DNA from: a virus
Lineage: Duplodnaviria; Caudoviricetes
DNA: 64,000 bases
Direction: 5' to 3' (one strand)
Virus record (IMG/VR): IMGVR_UViG_3300046518_000260
Coordinates: 11,276 to 75,275 of that record
The position numbers were made by a program, and so were the translations under genes. This document shows positions 1 to 8,374 of this stretch, piece by piece. Every line of letters begins with the position of its first letter. Within the stretch, counting starts at the first letter, position 1. The notes under the pieces are model-generated. The model made no database searches and had not been told where the DNA came from. It saw only the letters and a program-made list of their open reading frames with translations.

Positions 1-405
1 GCCGGGCGCTGCATCGTTGCCCGTGGTCGTGTCGACATAGATCAGGGTGTTATCGCCCCAAGCGACCAGACTGTCAGGATCGATAGCAGCGGTCAACGGG
101 TCGCCAGCCGAGCCGTCGCCAGTGATGACGACCGAAGGGCTATCCTGAGTGACAACGGTCACGGAGCCGGAAGGCGATATTTCGGTCCAGTCAGCCGGAT
201 TGAACGGTCCAGGGGCGACCGGCCCCAAAGCGACAAAGAGCTGACCATTGTGGCGGGTCTGCTGATCTGTGACGTAGCTGGAGGTTTCGCTGAACTCCGG
301 CAGCAAGTTGACGACGCCCGGCGGTGGGATCAACGGCGGCATCTGATTGCTTGGGAGTTGTGAGTTGGCCGGGACTACGCACGGCGGCTTGCAAACAAAG
401 TCCAC
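1..405 (-). CDS. Virion fibre / receptor-binding protein, 5' part only (runs off window edge)
   Basis: Not in ORF track; translated by hand from GTG at 405, with AGGAG upstream: VDFVCKPPCVVPANSQLPSNQMPPLIPPPG...GPFNPADWTEI...IYVDTTTGNDAAPG, open to position 1. Cys/Pro-rich N-terminus, a CBM-like repeat similar to those in the tail fibre, and a YVDxxxGNDxxxG motif typical of the start of beta-helix spikes. Confidence 0.6.
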   Translation of the reverse strand, partial: MDFVCKPPCVVPANSQLPSNQMPPLIPPPGVVNLLPEFSETSSYVTDQQTRHNGQLFVALGPVAPGPFNPADWTEISPSGSVTVVTQDSPSVVITGDGSAGDPLTAAIDPDSLVAWGDNTLIYVDTTTGNDAAPG

Positions 406-417
406 GGTCTCATTCTC

Positions 418-457
418 CTAAGAAAAGAGCCGCAACCGGGATTAACCAGCTGCGGCC
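418..457 (-). terminator. Intrinsic terminator after the terS-HU genes
   Basis: Minus-strand stem GCCGCAGCTGG/CCGGTTGCGGC (two G-U pairs) followed by TCTTTTCTT. Confidence 0.6.
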
Positions 458-533
458 AAGGTGCCTGTGTGTATCAGGCGGGGAACAACGGTCGAGGCAG
501 GAACGCAACGTGGACTTATATCCTGCCCCTAGC

Positions 534-1016
534 TCAGTCAAGCAGCAGATTTCTGCGCTGGATAAAGAAGTCTTTGTTCGGGAACGGCGTGTGTGAATGC
601 TCATCTCCGAACCAGTTTTCATTCAGCATGTCGCGCAGCAAGTCAGCTTGGAAAAACTTTACTGTGCGCCGGGCTGGTATCCACTTGTAGCGCCGAGGAG
701 CCGCCAGAATATCGCCTTCGACATAGGGCTTCTGTCCGGCCTTCTGGACATAGTAGCCTTTGTGTTCGACGACAACGAACGTCCCAAGACCGGTGACTTC
801 CAAACGACCGCCGTACATTGCCAGCGTCAGAACGATGTCGTCAATGCTTGCCTGACTGACCCGTTCTTTCTTCTGTTGTTCCAGCTGCGCCTTCTTGGAG
901 AAATTGGCCCGCTGGATCATTTTCTGACCAGCTTCGATAATCTCCTGCGAAGCCTTGTTCTTCTGAACCGCCGTAGAGAATGGCGTGTTCGTATTCATGA
1001 CTACTTCTGCTACCAT
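534..1016 (-). CDS. HU/IHF-family DNA-binding protein, divergent, with N-terminal extension
   Basis: GGRLEVTGLGTFVVVE...WIPARRTVKFFQADLLRDMLN matches the HU pattern GxxVxIxGFGTF...IPAxxxVKFxxxxxLKxxVN. Confidence 0.75.
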   Translation of the reverse strand: MVAEVVMNTNTPFSTAVQKNKASQEIIEAGQKMIQRANFSKKAQLEQQKKERVSQASIDDIVLTLAMYGGRLEVTGLGTFVVVEHKGYYVQKAGQKPYVEGDILAAPRRYKWIPARRTVKFFQADLLRDMLNENWFGDEHSHTPFPNKDFFIQRRNLLLD

Positions 1017-1027
1017 AGGAGTGCCGC

Positions 1028-1585
1028 CTACGTGTTTTCGATATCGACCTGATCTTCTGACTGAAGGTCGGGGTTAAGTGACTTGGCCTGATCTGCGCTG
1101 AGGAAGTTCCCCTGCGGGATCAGGCTGATTGCGATTGTGGTCGGGCCGAGCTCGCGGCCGTCCGCGCCCGTCAGTTCCATATGCGACTTGTCGCCGAACA
1201 CCTTTGGCATCATCTTGCTCATCACCCATTTGCGAGTGTTGATCATGACTTCTGCGCGCCTGATAGCCTTACCGTTGATGGTCGGCCCGCCAGTGCCCAT
1301 GACGGCGTCGTCGGTCGCGTCGTCAGCGATCTCGATGATTTGCTCCATATGTGAATAAGAGCGCTCCTGGATCGAAAACTTGACCTTGTCGTCGAAAATG
1401 GAATTGTGGAAGCGCCAACGCCTGATCGCACCGAGCGACGTGCCTGCCTCGTCGGCGGCTTCAGACAGCGTCTTGCCGTCGACAACGTACATGCAGAACA
1501 TGTTACCGATGTCTTCGTCATAGTCGCCGGTCATTTTTTCAGCGGCACTGAGAATATCACCAATGCCAATTGGCTTGTCAGACAC
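1028..1585 (-). CDS. terS: Terminase small subunit (Sf6 gp1-like)
   Basis: N-terminal HTH (KTLSEAADEAGTSLGAIRRW) and RAEVMINTRKWVMSKMMPKVFGDK...ELTGADG signature. Confidence 0.85.
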   Translation of the reverse strand: MSDKPIGIGDILSAAEKMTGDYDEDIGNMFCMYVVDGKTLSEAADEAGTSLGAIRRWRFHNSIFDDKVKFSIQERSYSHMEQIIEIADDATDDAVMGTGGPTINGKAIRRAEVMINTRKWVMSKMMPKVFGDKSHMELTGADGRELGPTTIAISLIPQGNFLSADQAKSLNPDLQSEDQVDIENT

Positions 1586-1643
1586 TGTGCGATGCTCCGT
1601 TATTCCTGAACGTTATAAAGGAGCACCGGTCCGCGCGCAAGGG

Positions 1644-2081
1644 CTAGACACCCAGAAAATATTCAACCATGGCCGCTAACAACGTCGGCATGTCGTCATT
1701 CCACAGCGCGAAAGCGTCGGTGATTTTATAGCCTTCGCGCCAATGCTCGGCCCAATGACCGGGATAGGCGAAGCCGTCCCAATTGCCCCTCTTATCACGG
1801 ACCCCAACGAGTAAAACGGCCCTGCCGCCAGCTCGGTGAAAATTGTGATGCCAGACAACCTGCGCCGGACGCACCTCTTTCGTGATAACTAGGTGATCTT
1901 TCAGCCCGCCGACCTTCAATTCGACCGGTAAAAGCCGATTTGTCTTGGGTTCCATCAGCTGTAAGTCGGGATATCCGCCGTTGGACCCTATGCCCGGTTC
2001 ATAGGCGCACGACCAATGCGGCCATTTTCCGCGTACGAAACGCTTAAAATCAAGCTCTTCTTTGTTCATTTTTACCCTCAA
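1644..2081 (-). CDS. VRR-NUC / Holliday-junction-resolvase-like PD-(D/E)xK nuclease
   Basis: GYPDL...VELK...RPAQVVWH...GGRA motifs. Confidence 0.75.
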   Translation of the reverse strand: MRVKMNKEELDFKRFVRGKWPHWSCAYEPGIGSNGGYPDLQLMEPKTNRLLPVELKVGGLKDHLVITKEVRPAQVVWHHNFHRAGGRAVLLVGVRDKRGNWDGFAYPGHWAEHWREGYKITDAFALWNDDMPTLLAAMVEYFLGV

Positions 2082-2134
2082 ATACCTGATATTTTGGCAT
2101 TTAATAGGGCAAAATATGCCTGATTTACAGCCAT

Positions 2135-2509
2135 TTAGCGCAGATTAAAGCTATGTTTGCCGGTTTTCTGGCCTTCGATGACCTTTTCAACGTCGCTGAT
2201 AAGCTTGGAGCCTACGTCATGCGGCACTACGGCTGGCAGGTGCCCGGCCCCAAGGAATGCGGAGGCGTCCGGGATGGATTTGTTGCCATTCAGACCGCGA
2301 CGCAGCTCCTCGACCTTGTGCGCGTGTTCATCCAGCAACTTGAACCGGCAATGGTCAAAGATGGGCAGCGGCAGCGCCATCTCAGCGCCTGTATCGAACA
2401 GGATAAGCACAAAACCCTTGCGCGCCTTGGTGTCGAACTTGATCGCGTGCCCAAAGTGGTGCATTTCGGTGAAATTCGTGGGGATAACATCAATCTTGAA
2501 ATTTGACAA
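2135..2509 (-). CDS. Hypothetical protein
   Basis: Co-oriented ORF in the operon; TTG start inferred, so the start is uncertain. Confidence 0.5.
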   Translation of the reverse strand: MSNFKIDVIPTNFTEMHHFGHAIKFDTKARKGFVLILFDTGAEMALPLPIFDHCRFKLLDEHAHKVEELRRGLNGNKSIPDASAFLGAGHLPAVVPHDVGSKLISDVEKVIEGQKTGKHSFNLR

Positions 2510-2720
2510 CGCCGTAATCCCATTCGTGGTTAAGAAAGATGATGCAATCCAGCTCGTCGTCAGGAATTTCACCGTAATTTGTGATCCCTTTCTTGTGCCA
2601 GTTCCAATCGCGGCTCAGCTGCCAGCCTTTCGATATCAGAAACCGCCCGATCGGAGCCGTATCGATCGAGTTAAACCGGGCGCGCATCCCGGCCCGTTCT
2701 TCTTCAGTTGCTTGCGGCAT
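2490..2720 (-). CDS. Hypothetical protein
   Basis: 76-aa ORF with protein-like composition, tightly packed with neighbours. Confidence 0.6.
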   Translation of the reverse strand: MPQATEEERAGMRARFNSIDTAPIGRFLISKGWQLSRDWNWHKKGITNYGEIPDDELDCIIFLNHEWDYGVVKFQD

Positions 2721-2729
2721 TGACGGTCC

Positions 2730-2957
2730 TCATGTTAGCCATAGGTCACTGCAATTCACGTCGCTTGCACATCCACTGGTAAACCAGATGATCGTGCATC
2801 TCCAAACGACGGCATTGACGCTGTTATCGCTGACGACATCACCTTCGGCATTCTCGCACCAGCTTTCATCGACAGTGCCGCCATGGCCGTGTTCGTCCTC
2901 GACCCTTGTGCCTTTCGGCAATAATTCGTCATCATTTGCTTTAATTCTAGACGACAT
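2730..2957 (-). CDS. Hypothetical protein (SH3-like beta pattern)
   Basis: LLPKGTRVEDEHGHGGTV...AVVW pattern; co-oriented. Confidence 0.55.
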   Translation of the reverse strand: MSSRIKANDDELLPKGTRVEDEHGHGGTVDESWCENAEGDVVSDNSVNAVVWRCTIIWFTSGCASDVNCSDLWLT

Positions 2958-3129
2958 AGTTCACCCTTATCCAAATGACCCACACCACAACTGCGAACAG
3001 CGTGCAGAGTAGATAAAGAATTGACAGAAAATAACGATCAAACCACGTCTCGGGTTGACTGATTTCCAGCGTGGAGACCCAATAATACGGATAAATGCTG
3101 AGAATGATTGGCAGTAAAACTGACCATGA

Positions 3130-3790
3130 CATCGGGCGGGCGCTCCCGGGTTAGAGTTTATCCATTCTGACGCACCAACTCATATCGCTTTTCAGGGCTT
3201 GCGGGTCAGCGTCGCCATAATCTAGTTCCTAGAGCCGGGCTGCAAGTCCTCGTTGGTCCGCCAGCCTGCGCCAGAATGAATTCATGTTACTGTGACCCAG
3301 AGGTAGGGGGACCTTGGGAGGATAACCTCTGGGTCACAGTGTTACCAAGAGCAGGGAATGTCCTTGGCAATGGGTCCGGAGGGCGAACCCGTCAGTGAAC
3401 TCCCTCCGGTATGGTCCTAGCCGAGTTTAACGGCGTCGCTCCTACGATCACGCCCGTAAAAGATAGGAGCGTTTATGCGCAATCGGACCATAAGCAATAT
3501 TGGAAGTCCGAGCATGGAGACGACTTCACACCCGGACTTACCGATCATGACCATTGCTGGTCAGAGGATTTTCACCCTGCCGCCAGCAGCTTCGATCCTT
3601 ACAGCCGAATGGCATCCCTACCATACACAGCTGAAATTCACAGGCGCGGGTCACGCCCAAGGCAATTCTTAGATCATCGGCTGCTCGGGGCGCATCCATC
3701 CCGACTTGCGGCAGCATGACGCCTTTCAACGTCTACCAACCATGATCCAGCGGCGAAACTAGATTGACTGGACCAACCACGTTTCTGCAA
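3130..3790 (+). ncRNA. Candidate large structured non-coding RNA, family unknown
   Basis: At least ten stems, several nested, including a perfect 16-bp inverted repeat (3289-3304/3325-3340); a G-U pair favours the + strand; no convincing ORF; terminator follows at 3846-3880. Confidence 0.5.
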
Positions 3791-3845
3791 CCATAAATAA
3801 CTGTTATTTTAGCTAGGGCAATACTGAAAATGCGTTTCTGCAAAA

Positions 3846-3880
3846 GAAAAACCCCGGCACAGGAGAGCACCGGGGTTTTC
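3846..3880. terminator. Bidirectional intrinsic terminator
   Basis: AAAACCCCGG (3848-3857) / CCGGGGTTTT (3870-3879), with A and T tracts on both sides. Confidence 0.75.
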
Positions 3881-4013
3881 ATTGGGAGGATCGAAGCCGA
3901 GCAAGCGTTGTCCATCCAGAACACCCTGACCATATGCCAGCGCAGCTTCACTGACAAGTAGATAATATAACCCACAGCTACCCGATACAGGCAGCGGTTA
4001 AGCGGGTCTGGGA

Positions 4014-4304
4014 CTATTGGTCATAGGAACCTCGGCGGGCCATTATTCTACCGCCGACGCCGGAGAGCGATCCGCTGTACATGGTAAACGGACCATGGGT
4101 CATCTGTCCGTGGTAGCCGCCTGACACGATGGTCTCGCGGGAACCTGCATAGAGTTTTAGCGCCTTGTTGAACTCGCGACTGCAAATCTGCATCACCTTG
4201 CTGGTCTTCATCTGATCAACTTTAATGTCGCGTTCATACAGGACCTTCGGGGTGCCGTGGGCTGTACGACTTTCGATAAGGATGGTGAAGGGGATTTGGT
4301 TCAT
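4014..4304 (-). CDS. Hypothetical protein
   Basis: 96-aa ORF, ATGA overlap with upstream gene. Confidence 0.6.
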   Translation of the reverse strand: MNQIPFTILIESRTAHGTPKVLYERDIKVDQMKTSKVMQICSREFNKALKLYAGSRETIVSGGYHGQMTHGPFTMYSGSLSGVGGRIMARRGSYDQ

Positions 4305-4582
4305 GGACCGTGGGCCTTGGTGAGAGGTAGTATTGCGGAGTTCATTGGTCTTACCCGTACGAGCTGTTCTCCCAGGATGGGCGCTCCGTCCGCATTCGTC
4401 TCAATACCGTCGAGGCCATTACCATGGCCCGGGAACCTTGCATGTCTATAGACCGAGGTTTTGCCGGTATTGGTTAGAACGTGTACAGGGTTATGCGTTC
4501 CATGAAAAGTTAATTTGCCAGAAATCCAGTTGGCTCTTTCGGCGGATCGGGGACATCTATTCTCTATGCATCGAATTTTCAA
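4301..4582 (-). CDS. Hypothetical protein
   Basis: 93-aa ORF, coupled to the next gene. Confidence 0.55.
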   Translation of the reverse strand: MKIRCIENRCPRSAERANWISGKLTFHGTHNPVHVLTNTGKTSVYRHARFPGHGNGLDGIETNADGAPILGEQLVRVRPMNSAILPLTKAHGP

Positions 4583-4749
4583 CTATTTACGTGGCCCCTG
4601 GGACCTTCTTGCAGGCTGCTAGTTAACTGATTTTCTAAAAGCTGAGAATTACAAACGCTCGGAGACGCGACGCCGCCCGCCCTCAGAAACCCGTTTGGAG
4701 TAGATTGGATTTAACTTAAATTTTAATGATTAAAGTTTTAACGGTGCGA

Positions 4750-4813
4750 TTAACTAATTATTAAGGTTAATAAGGGGTTAACGGTGCCTGATTGTTGGTT
4801 AATGAATGGTTAA
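4750..4813. promoter_or_regulatory. Three CtrA-type boxes (TTAA-N7-TTAA)
   Basis: 4750 TTAACTAATTATTAA, 4767 TTAATAAGGGGTTAAC, 4799 TTAATGAATGGTTAA. Confidence 0.7.
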
Positions 4814-5177
4814 TAAGCGCTGGATTTAAAATGTTTAAAGAAACGTTTAAAGTTTTAAGTTGCATAACAGGCATTATGGAACCATAGCGTTTTAGTGGGC
4901 TATTAAGCCATGCCATAGAGCCGCCATACAAGGCCGTGGGCGCGTGGTTAGGGGTTAGGCTAGGGTAGTAGCTGGTAGGCACGGCATGCGCATGGGACAG
5001 GCTGCTAAGTGCCTCTGTTTACGTTATCTTTGTGCTTGGTAGGCGGGTTGTTAGAACGGCGGTAAAAGGCCCGTTGACCGAGGATCGATAGTATATATTG
5101 GGTGCGCAGGTAATTTGCCGAGAGTGAGATGCAGAAGTCAGGGTTAAATGCGTCTCCCCAAGTATACTTGCCGGGCT

Positions 5178-5186
5178 CGCGCGCCG
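5178..5186 (+). promoter_or_regulatory. Perfect DnaA-box consensus TTATCCACA
   Basis: Exact 9-mer in an intergenic region next to an AT-rich tract; a single copy can arise by chance. Confidence 0.35.
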
Positions 5187-5614
5187 ATTATCCACAACGC
5201 CACAACAAACTGGAGTTTAAGCGGGGTCCGATCTACCATGCGAAATATAGCCTGTATATTAGCAATGGTTAATACGTTCACATTTACAAATTTGAGGGCA
5301 GTTCCACAAGGTGGTATAAATATATTTCTTCTTAATTATAATACTACTATACCTAACTAAATAAAAAGTTGCTCTCTCTATATATGAGAAAGTATTTATA
5401 TACGAACCTATACCTTGCAGGTTGTAATTCATTCCTTTCTAAGCCTTTGCTTTTGTTGGGTTCCTTGGTCCACGGGCCACGCACAAAGTTGTGTTCACTT
5501 TTTTTACCCGCATAGGTTCGCGCGGCCAAACCGCCCAAAAAGGCCAACTTTGCAAACCAATGCATTAACCTATATACTACCATAGCAAAACACAACCGAA
5601 GGGACACTATACAC

Positions 5615-6100
5615 ATGCGCAGCAACTTTAACCCGTATCCGCAAAAAGATGAAGATGATTTTAATAAACTGGTAGCTGAATTACAGCTTAAGCAAAATCT
5701 AATATTGCTAGCCATACAGCAATTCAACGAAACCGCTGCCGCAACCGTGCCGCTGCTGGTAAAGCACCATACCAAGCGGAGGTTGCGCGTACAGCATGCG
5801 TTAAAGGATCTGAGACAAACGCTGCATAGCGCCAATATCATGCGCGCCCAAGCCATGGATGCTGCCTATACCACGGCAATGACCGATGTTGAAATTTTGC
5901 GCGGAGACTATCACGATAAAATAGCCGCAGAAAAGGCACAGGAGGCCGTAGAACGCGAAGAAAAGCGCACGCTTGCCTATGACGAGGACACGGGCCGATA
6001 CAGCGTTCTACGGCGCTCTGAGCGGGTCGGGCCGGACGGTACTATGGTGGTTAAACGGGAAAAGGTTGTAATTTCCCCGGACCACAAGTATTTGAAGTAA
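5615..6100 (+). CDS. Hypothetical helical/coiled-coil protein
   Basis: 161-aa ORF with AAGGGA RBS. Confidence 0.7.
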   Translation: MRSNFNPYPQKDEDDFNKLVAELQLKQNLILLAIQQFNETAAATVPLLVKHHTKRRLRVQHALKDLRQTLHSANIMRAQAMDAAYTTAMTDVEILRGDYHDKIAAEKAQEAVEREEKRTLAYDEDTGRYSVLRRSERVGPDGTMVVKREKVVISPDHKYLK

Positions 6101-6231
6101 TTGCCATAGCAAGCCATACAGGCCCATGGGCCGCGTTTACACCTCCGCTGGTCCTACCATACCAACCACTAGCAGAGATCGCGCTCACGGGCTTGTGTGG
6201 CGATGTAATTTTTTATGAAAGGTTTAATCAA

Positions 6232-6456
6232 ATGCATCCGACCCCTAGCGCTACGGGCTATGCCTACCAAGCAATTATAGACAAATTTGCTGAAGATTGT
6301 ATTCAAATGCAACGCAACTTAACGGCTATTGCCGTGCAGTCCTTACAACCCACGGCCAAGGCCCAAGGTTTTGAAAGCGTTGGCGAATTGCAGGCAATTT
6401 TAAACAACTGCCAGATGCGTCTTGTAGATATCTCTAATAAACACTTTTCTACTTAA
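6232..6456 (+). CDS. Hypothetical protein
   Basis: GAAAGG RBS before ATG 6232; hairpin downstream. Confidence 0.6.
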   Translation: MHPTPSATGYAYQAIIDKFAEDCIQMQRNLTAIAVQSLQPTAKAQGFESVGELQAILNNCQMRLVDISNKHFST

Positions 6457-6568
6457 CCCCGCCCTTGGCCGCTAGGCCAAGGGTCCTCTACCCTTTTAAT
6501 AAAATGCCATCTATCGCACACAAATAAGCCCGGCAACGTGCCGGGCCTCTACCTACATTAGAAAATGC

Positions 6569-6931
6569 TTACCAAGCTTCAATATTGGCAACCGCCCACT
6601 GGTTACACACCCATGCGTAAAGCACGTTGCTCTGGTTTTCGTTGTTAACAACGTGTGCATGCCATGCGCAGGTTGTAGGGTTGAAAACGTACATAACTTC
6701 GCCGTTTTCGCCAAAGTTAAATTCGCGGTAATACTCGCCCACGGCAATGCAGCGTTCGTCAAAGTAGCTGGCATCCATTTGCGCAAGCCCGCGTGCAGGG
6801 TTTGGCTTGCGCTGGTCAAACTTGGTTTCGGTCTTAGCGAATTTGTGCATCAGGCTAACCGGCAGCAGCAGGTCTTCCTTGGCGTTGTACGCGGCGGCAA
6901 TTACTGCGGGGTCCAAAATTTCGTTTTCCAT
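6569..6931 (-). CDS. Hypothetical early protein
   Basis: GGAG RBS; hairpin GCCCGGCA/TGCCGGGC follows the stop. Confidence 0.7.
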   Translation of the reverse strand: MENEILDPAVIAAAYNAKEDLLLPVSLMHKFAKTETKFDQRKPNPARGLAQMDASYFDERCIAVGEYYREFNFGENGEVMYVFNPTTCAWHAHVVNNENQSNVLYAWVCNQWAVANIEAW

Positions 6932-6954
6932 GGCTTGTACTCCGGTTTGCGGGC

Positions 6955-7221
6955 TTACTTAAGCAGCGCCCAAAATTGTTCGTCTTGTTCAGAACTCCAG
7001 CCCAAGCGGGCCATTTCGTATATCGTTGTTACCGCATCCACCTGTTCGGGCGTTACCGCCGCGCGGGCTATGGTGGCAACCTGCTCAGGCGTAGGCTTGT
7101 TGTCCGTGTTCGCCTTACGGGCGAGTTCGGCCTTGCGGGCCTTTGCAGCGGCGGCATCTACTACCCGCCCAAGGCCCGCGACATTGGCGTCATGCACTGT
7201 ATCTGGTGTCTTGTTACCCAC
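6955..7221 (-). CDS. Hypothetical early protein
   Basis: First gene after the leftward promoter at 7255-7282. Confidence 0.65.
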   Translation of the reverse strand: MGNKTPDTVHDANVAGLGRVVDAAAAKARKAELARKANTDNKPTPEQVATIARAAVTPEQVDAVTTIYEMARLGWSSEQDEQFWALLK

Positions 7222-7249
7222 GGGCCTAGCCCCTTCGCTTGTTTGCTGC

Positions 7250-7540
7250 CCTTGATTATAAGGATTTCAACGGCAATGGCAACCCGCTTAATTCCTGCCA
7301 GTTGGGCCTTGGTTAAAATTCAGTTAACCCGCACAGCGCCACAGAGAGGCCCGTACAGGCGATTTCGCCCTTGGCCGGTATATCCATACCAACCGACCCC
7401 TGTTCTGCTAACTCCTTGTAATCGTTACATAATTTGCTTTTACCGCCTTGGACCCACGGGCCACGGGCCTTTAACGACTTATTAACCACACCCGCAACAC
7501 CCGCTTGCCGTCCGCGCCGAAATCCTTATAATTAGGGCAG
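7250..7540. promoter_or_regulatory. Divergent sigma70-type promoter cassette, copy 1
   Basis: Leftward TTGCCA-N16-TATAAT (7282-7255); rightward TTGCCG-N16-TATAAT (7505-7532); CtrA boxes at 7313 and 7471; conserved core 7334-7436. Confidence 0.75.
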
Positions 7541-7562
7541 CAAACAAGCAAAGGGGTTTTCC

Positions 7563-7640
7563 ATGGTTACGGGTATTGTGATTTACATGCTGATTTGCAC
7601 CTGCGTTCTCGCGGGTGGCTTTGTGTACAGCCGGGCATAA
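7563..7640 (+). CDS. 25-aa single-transmembrane peptide
   Basis: MVTGIVIYMLICTCVLAGGFVYSRA directly after the rightward promoter, with AAAGGGG RBS; below the ORF-track cutoff. Confidence 0.5.
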   Translation: MVTGIVIYMLICTCVLAGGFVYSRA

Positions 7641-7649
7641 GGGGCGCAC

Positions 7650-7829
7650 ATGTTTTCCTACCAAAAAGTTGGCGGCTTGCGTTTTGTGAAAATTGGCCCG
7701 TTCACCTTTATGTTTTGCAAAAGCAGCAAGGCAGCCCGCGCACGGGCGCGGCACAGAAAGGCGGCACGGCTGCTAGCTTGCAGCTACCGGGATTTAGCTA
7801 ACGGGCTTGTGGCAAGGGAAAGGGCTTAG
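7650..7829 (+). CDS. 59-aa basic protein
   Basis: MFSYQKVGGLRFVKIGPFTFMFCKSSK...; follows the TM peptide. Confidence 0.5.
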   Translation: MFSYQKVGGLRFVKIGPFTFMFCKSSKAARARARHRKAARLLACSYRDLANGLVARERA

Positions 7830-7920
7830 GCCCTTTTTCCAACACCGATCGTTAAACTTTTAATAAAATTTTAGATATCGGTGCTAGGGCTTGGGGCCGT
7901 AGCCCCTTGCCTTTTCTGCG

Positions 7921-8349
7921 TTATAGGCCGGGCTGCATGCCGGGCCACCATGCGCTACCAAAGCCGCCCTCCGGCTTTAGAAATTCCCGGGCTGCCAGCA
8001 TAAAATCCAACGGGCAAGCGCCGGTAAATTCCAAGTTGTTAAATTCGGGCGCAACCTGCATGCTTTTCGCAGTTAACCCGCTGCCGCGCCAACGCATTGC
8101 GCCGTTCTGCATATAGCCGTGCATTTGCACCTTGCCAAATTCGCCAAACGTGTTGCGGCTACGGCTGCCATCGTTGCGGGTTTGGCCGAACCAAACGTCC
8201 AACGTTACAAAGCTACCATAGTCGCATGCGCGTATGGTTACGTTGCCATCTTCACGCACGGCCACCAACGTTGCGCGCGCGTTGGTTTCGTGGGCAACCG
8301 TTACCGGGCGCAGGTCCGGTATTGCCGCCACCAAGTTCTGAAATTCCAT
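7921..8349 (-). CDS. Hypothetical early protein
   Basis: 142 aa, GGAG RBS, downstream of the promoter at 8378-8405. Confidence 0.7.
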   Translation of the reverse strand: MEFQNLVAAIPDLRPVTVAHETNARATLVAVREDGNVTIRACDYGSFVTLDVWFGQTRNDGSRSRNTFGEFGKVQMHGYMQNGAMRWRGSGLTAKSMQVAPEFNNLEFTGACPLDFMLAAREFLKPEGGFGSAWWPGMQPGL

Positions 8350-8374
8350 GCCGTAAACTCCCTTGTTGTGTACC

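Noticed and set aside
410-622. 70-aa minus-strand ORF after the HU-like gene
   Set aside because: It runs through the terminator hairpin, overlaps the HU-like gene and has no clear RBS.
2153-2723. Plus-strand ORFs opposite the terS operon
   Set aside because: The minus-strand ORFs are co-oriented and coupled with their neighbours; the plus frames lack an RBS.
3411-3719. 102-aa plus-strand ORF
   Set aside because: No RBS, no family resemblance, and it lies within the heavily base-paired segment.
3543-3765. Group I intron core (UGCUGG/CCAGCA followed by GC; UUCACAGG; UUCAACGUCUA)
   Set aside because: P4-like and J6/7-like strings are present, but there is no canonical P7 (GACUA/UAGUC) with a G-binding pair and no interrupted gene, and a competing local hairpin (UGACC/GGUCA) exists. 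Kept only as part of the unknown structured RNA; a cmsearch with group I models would settle it.
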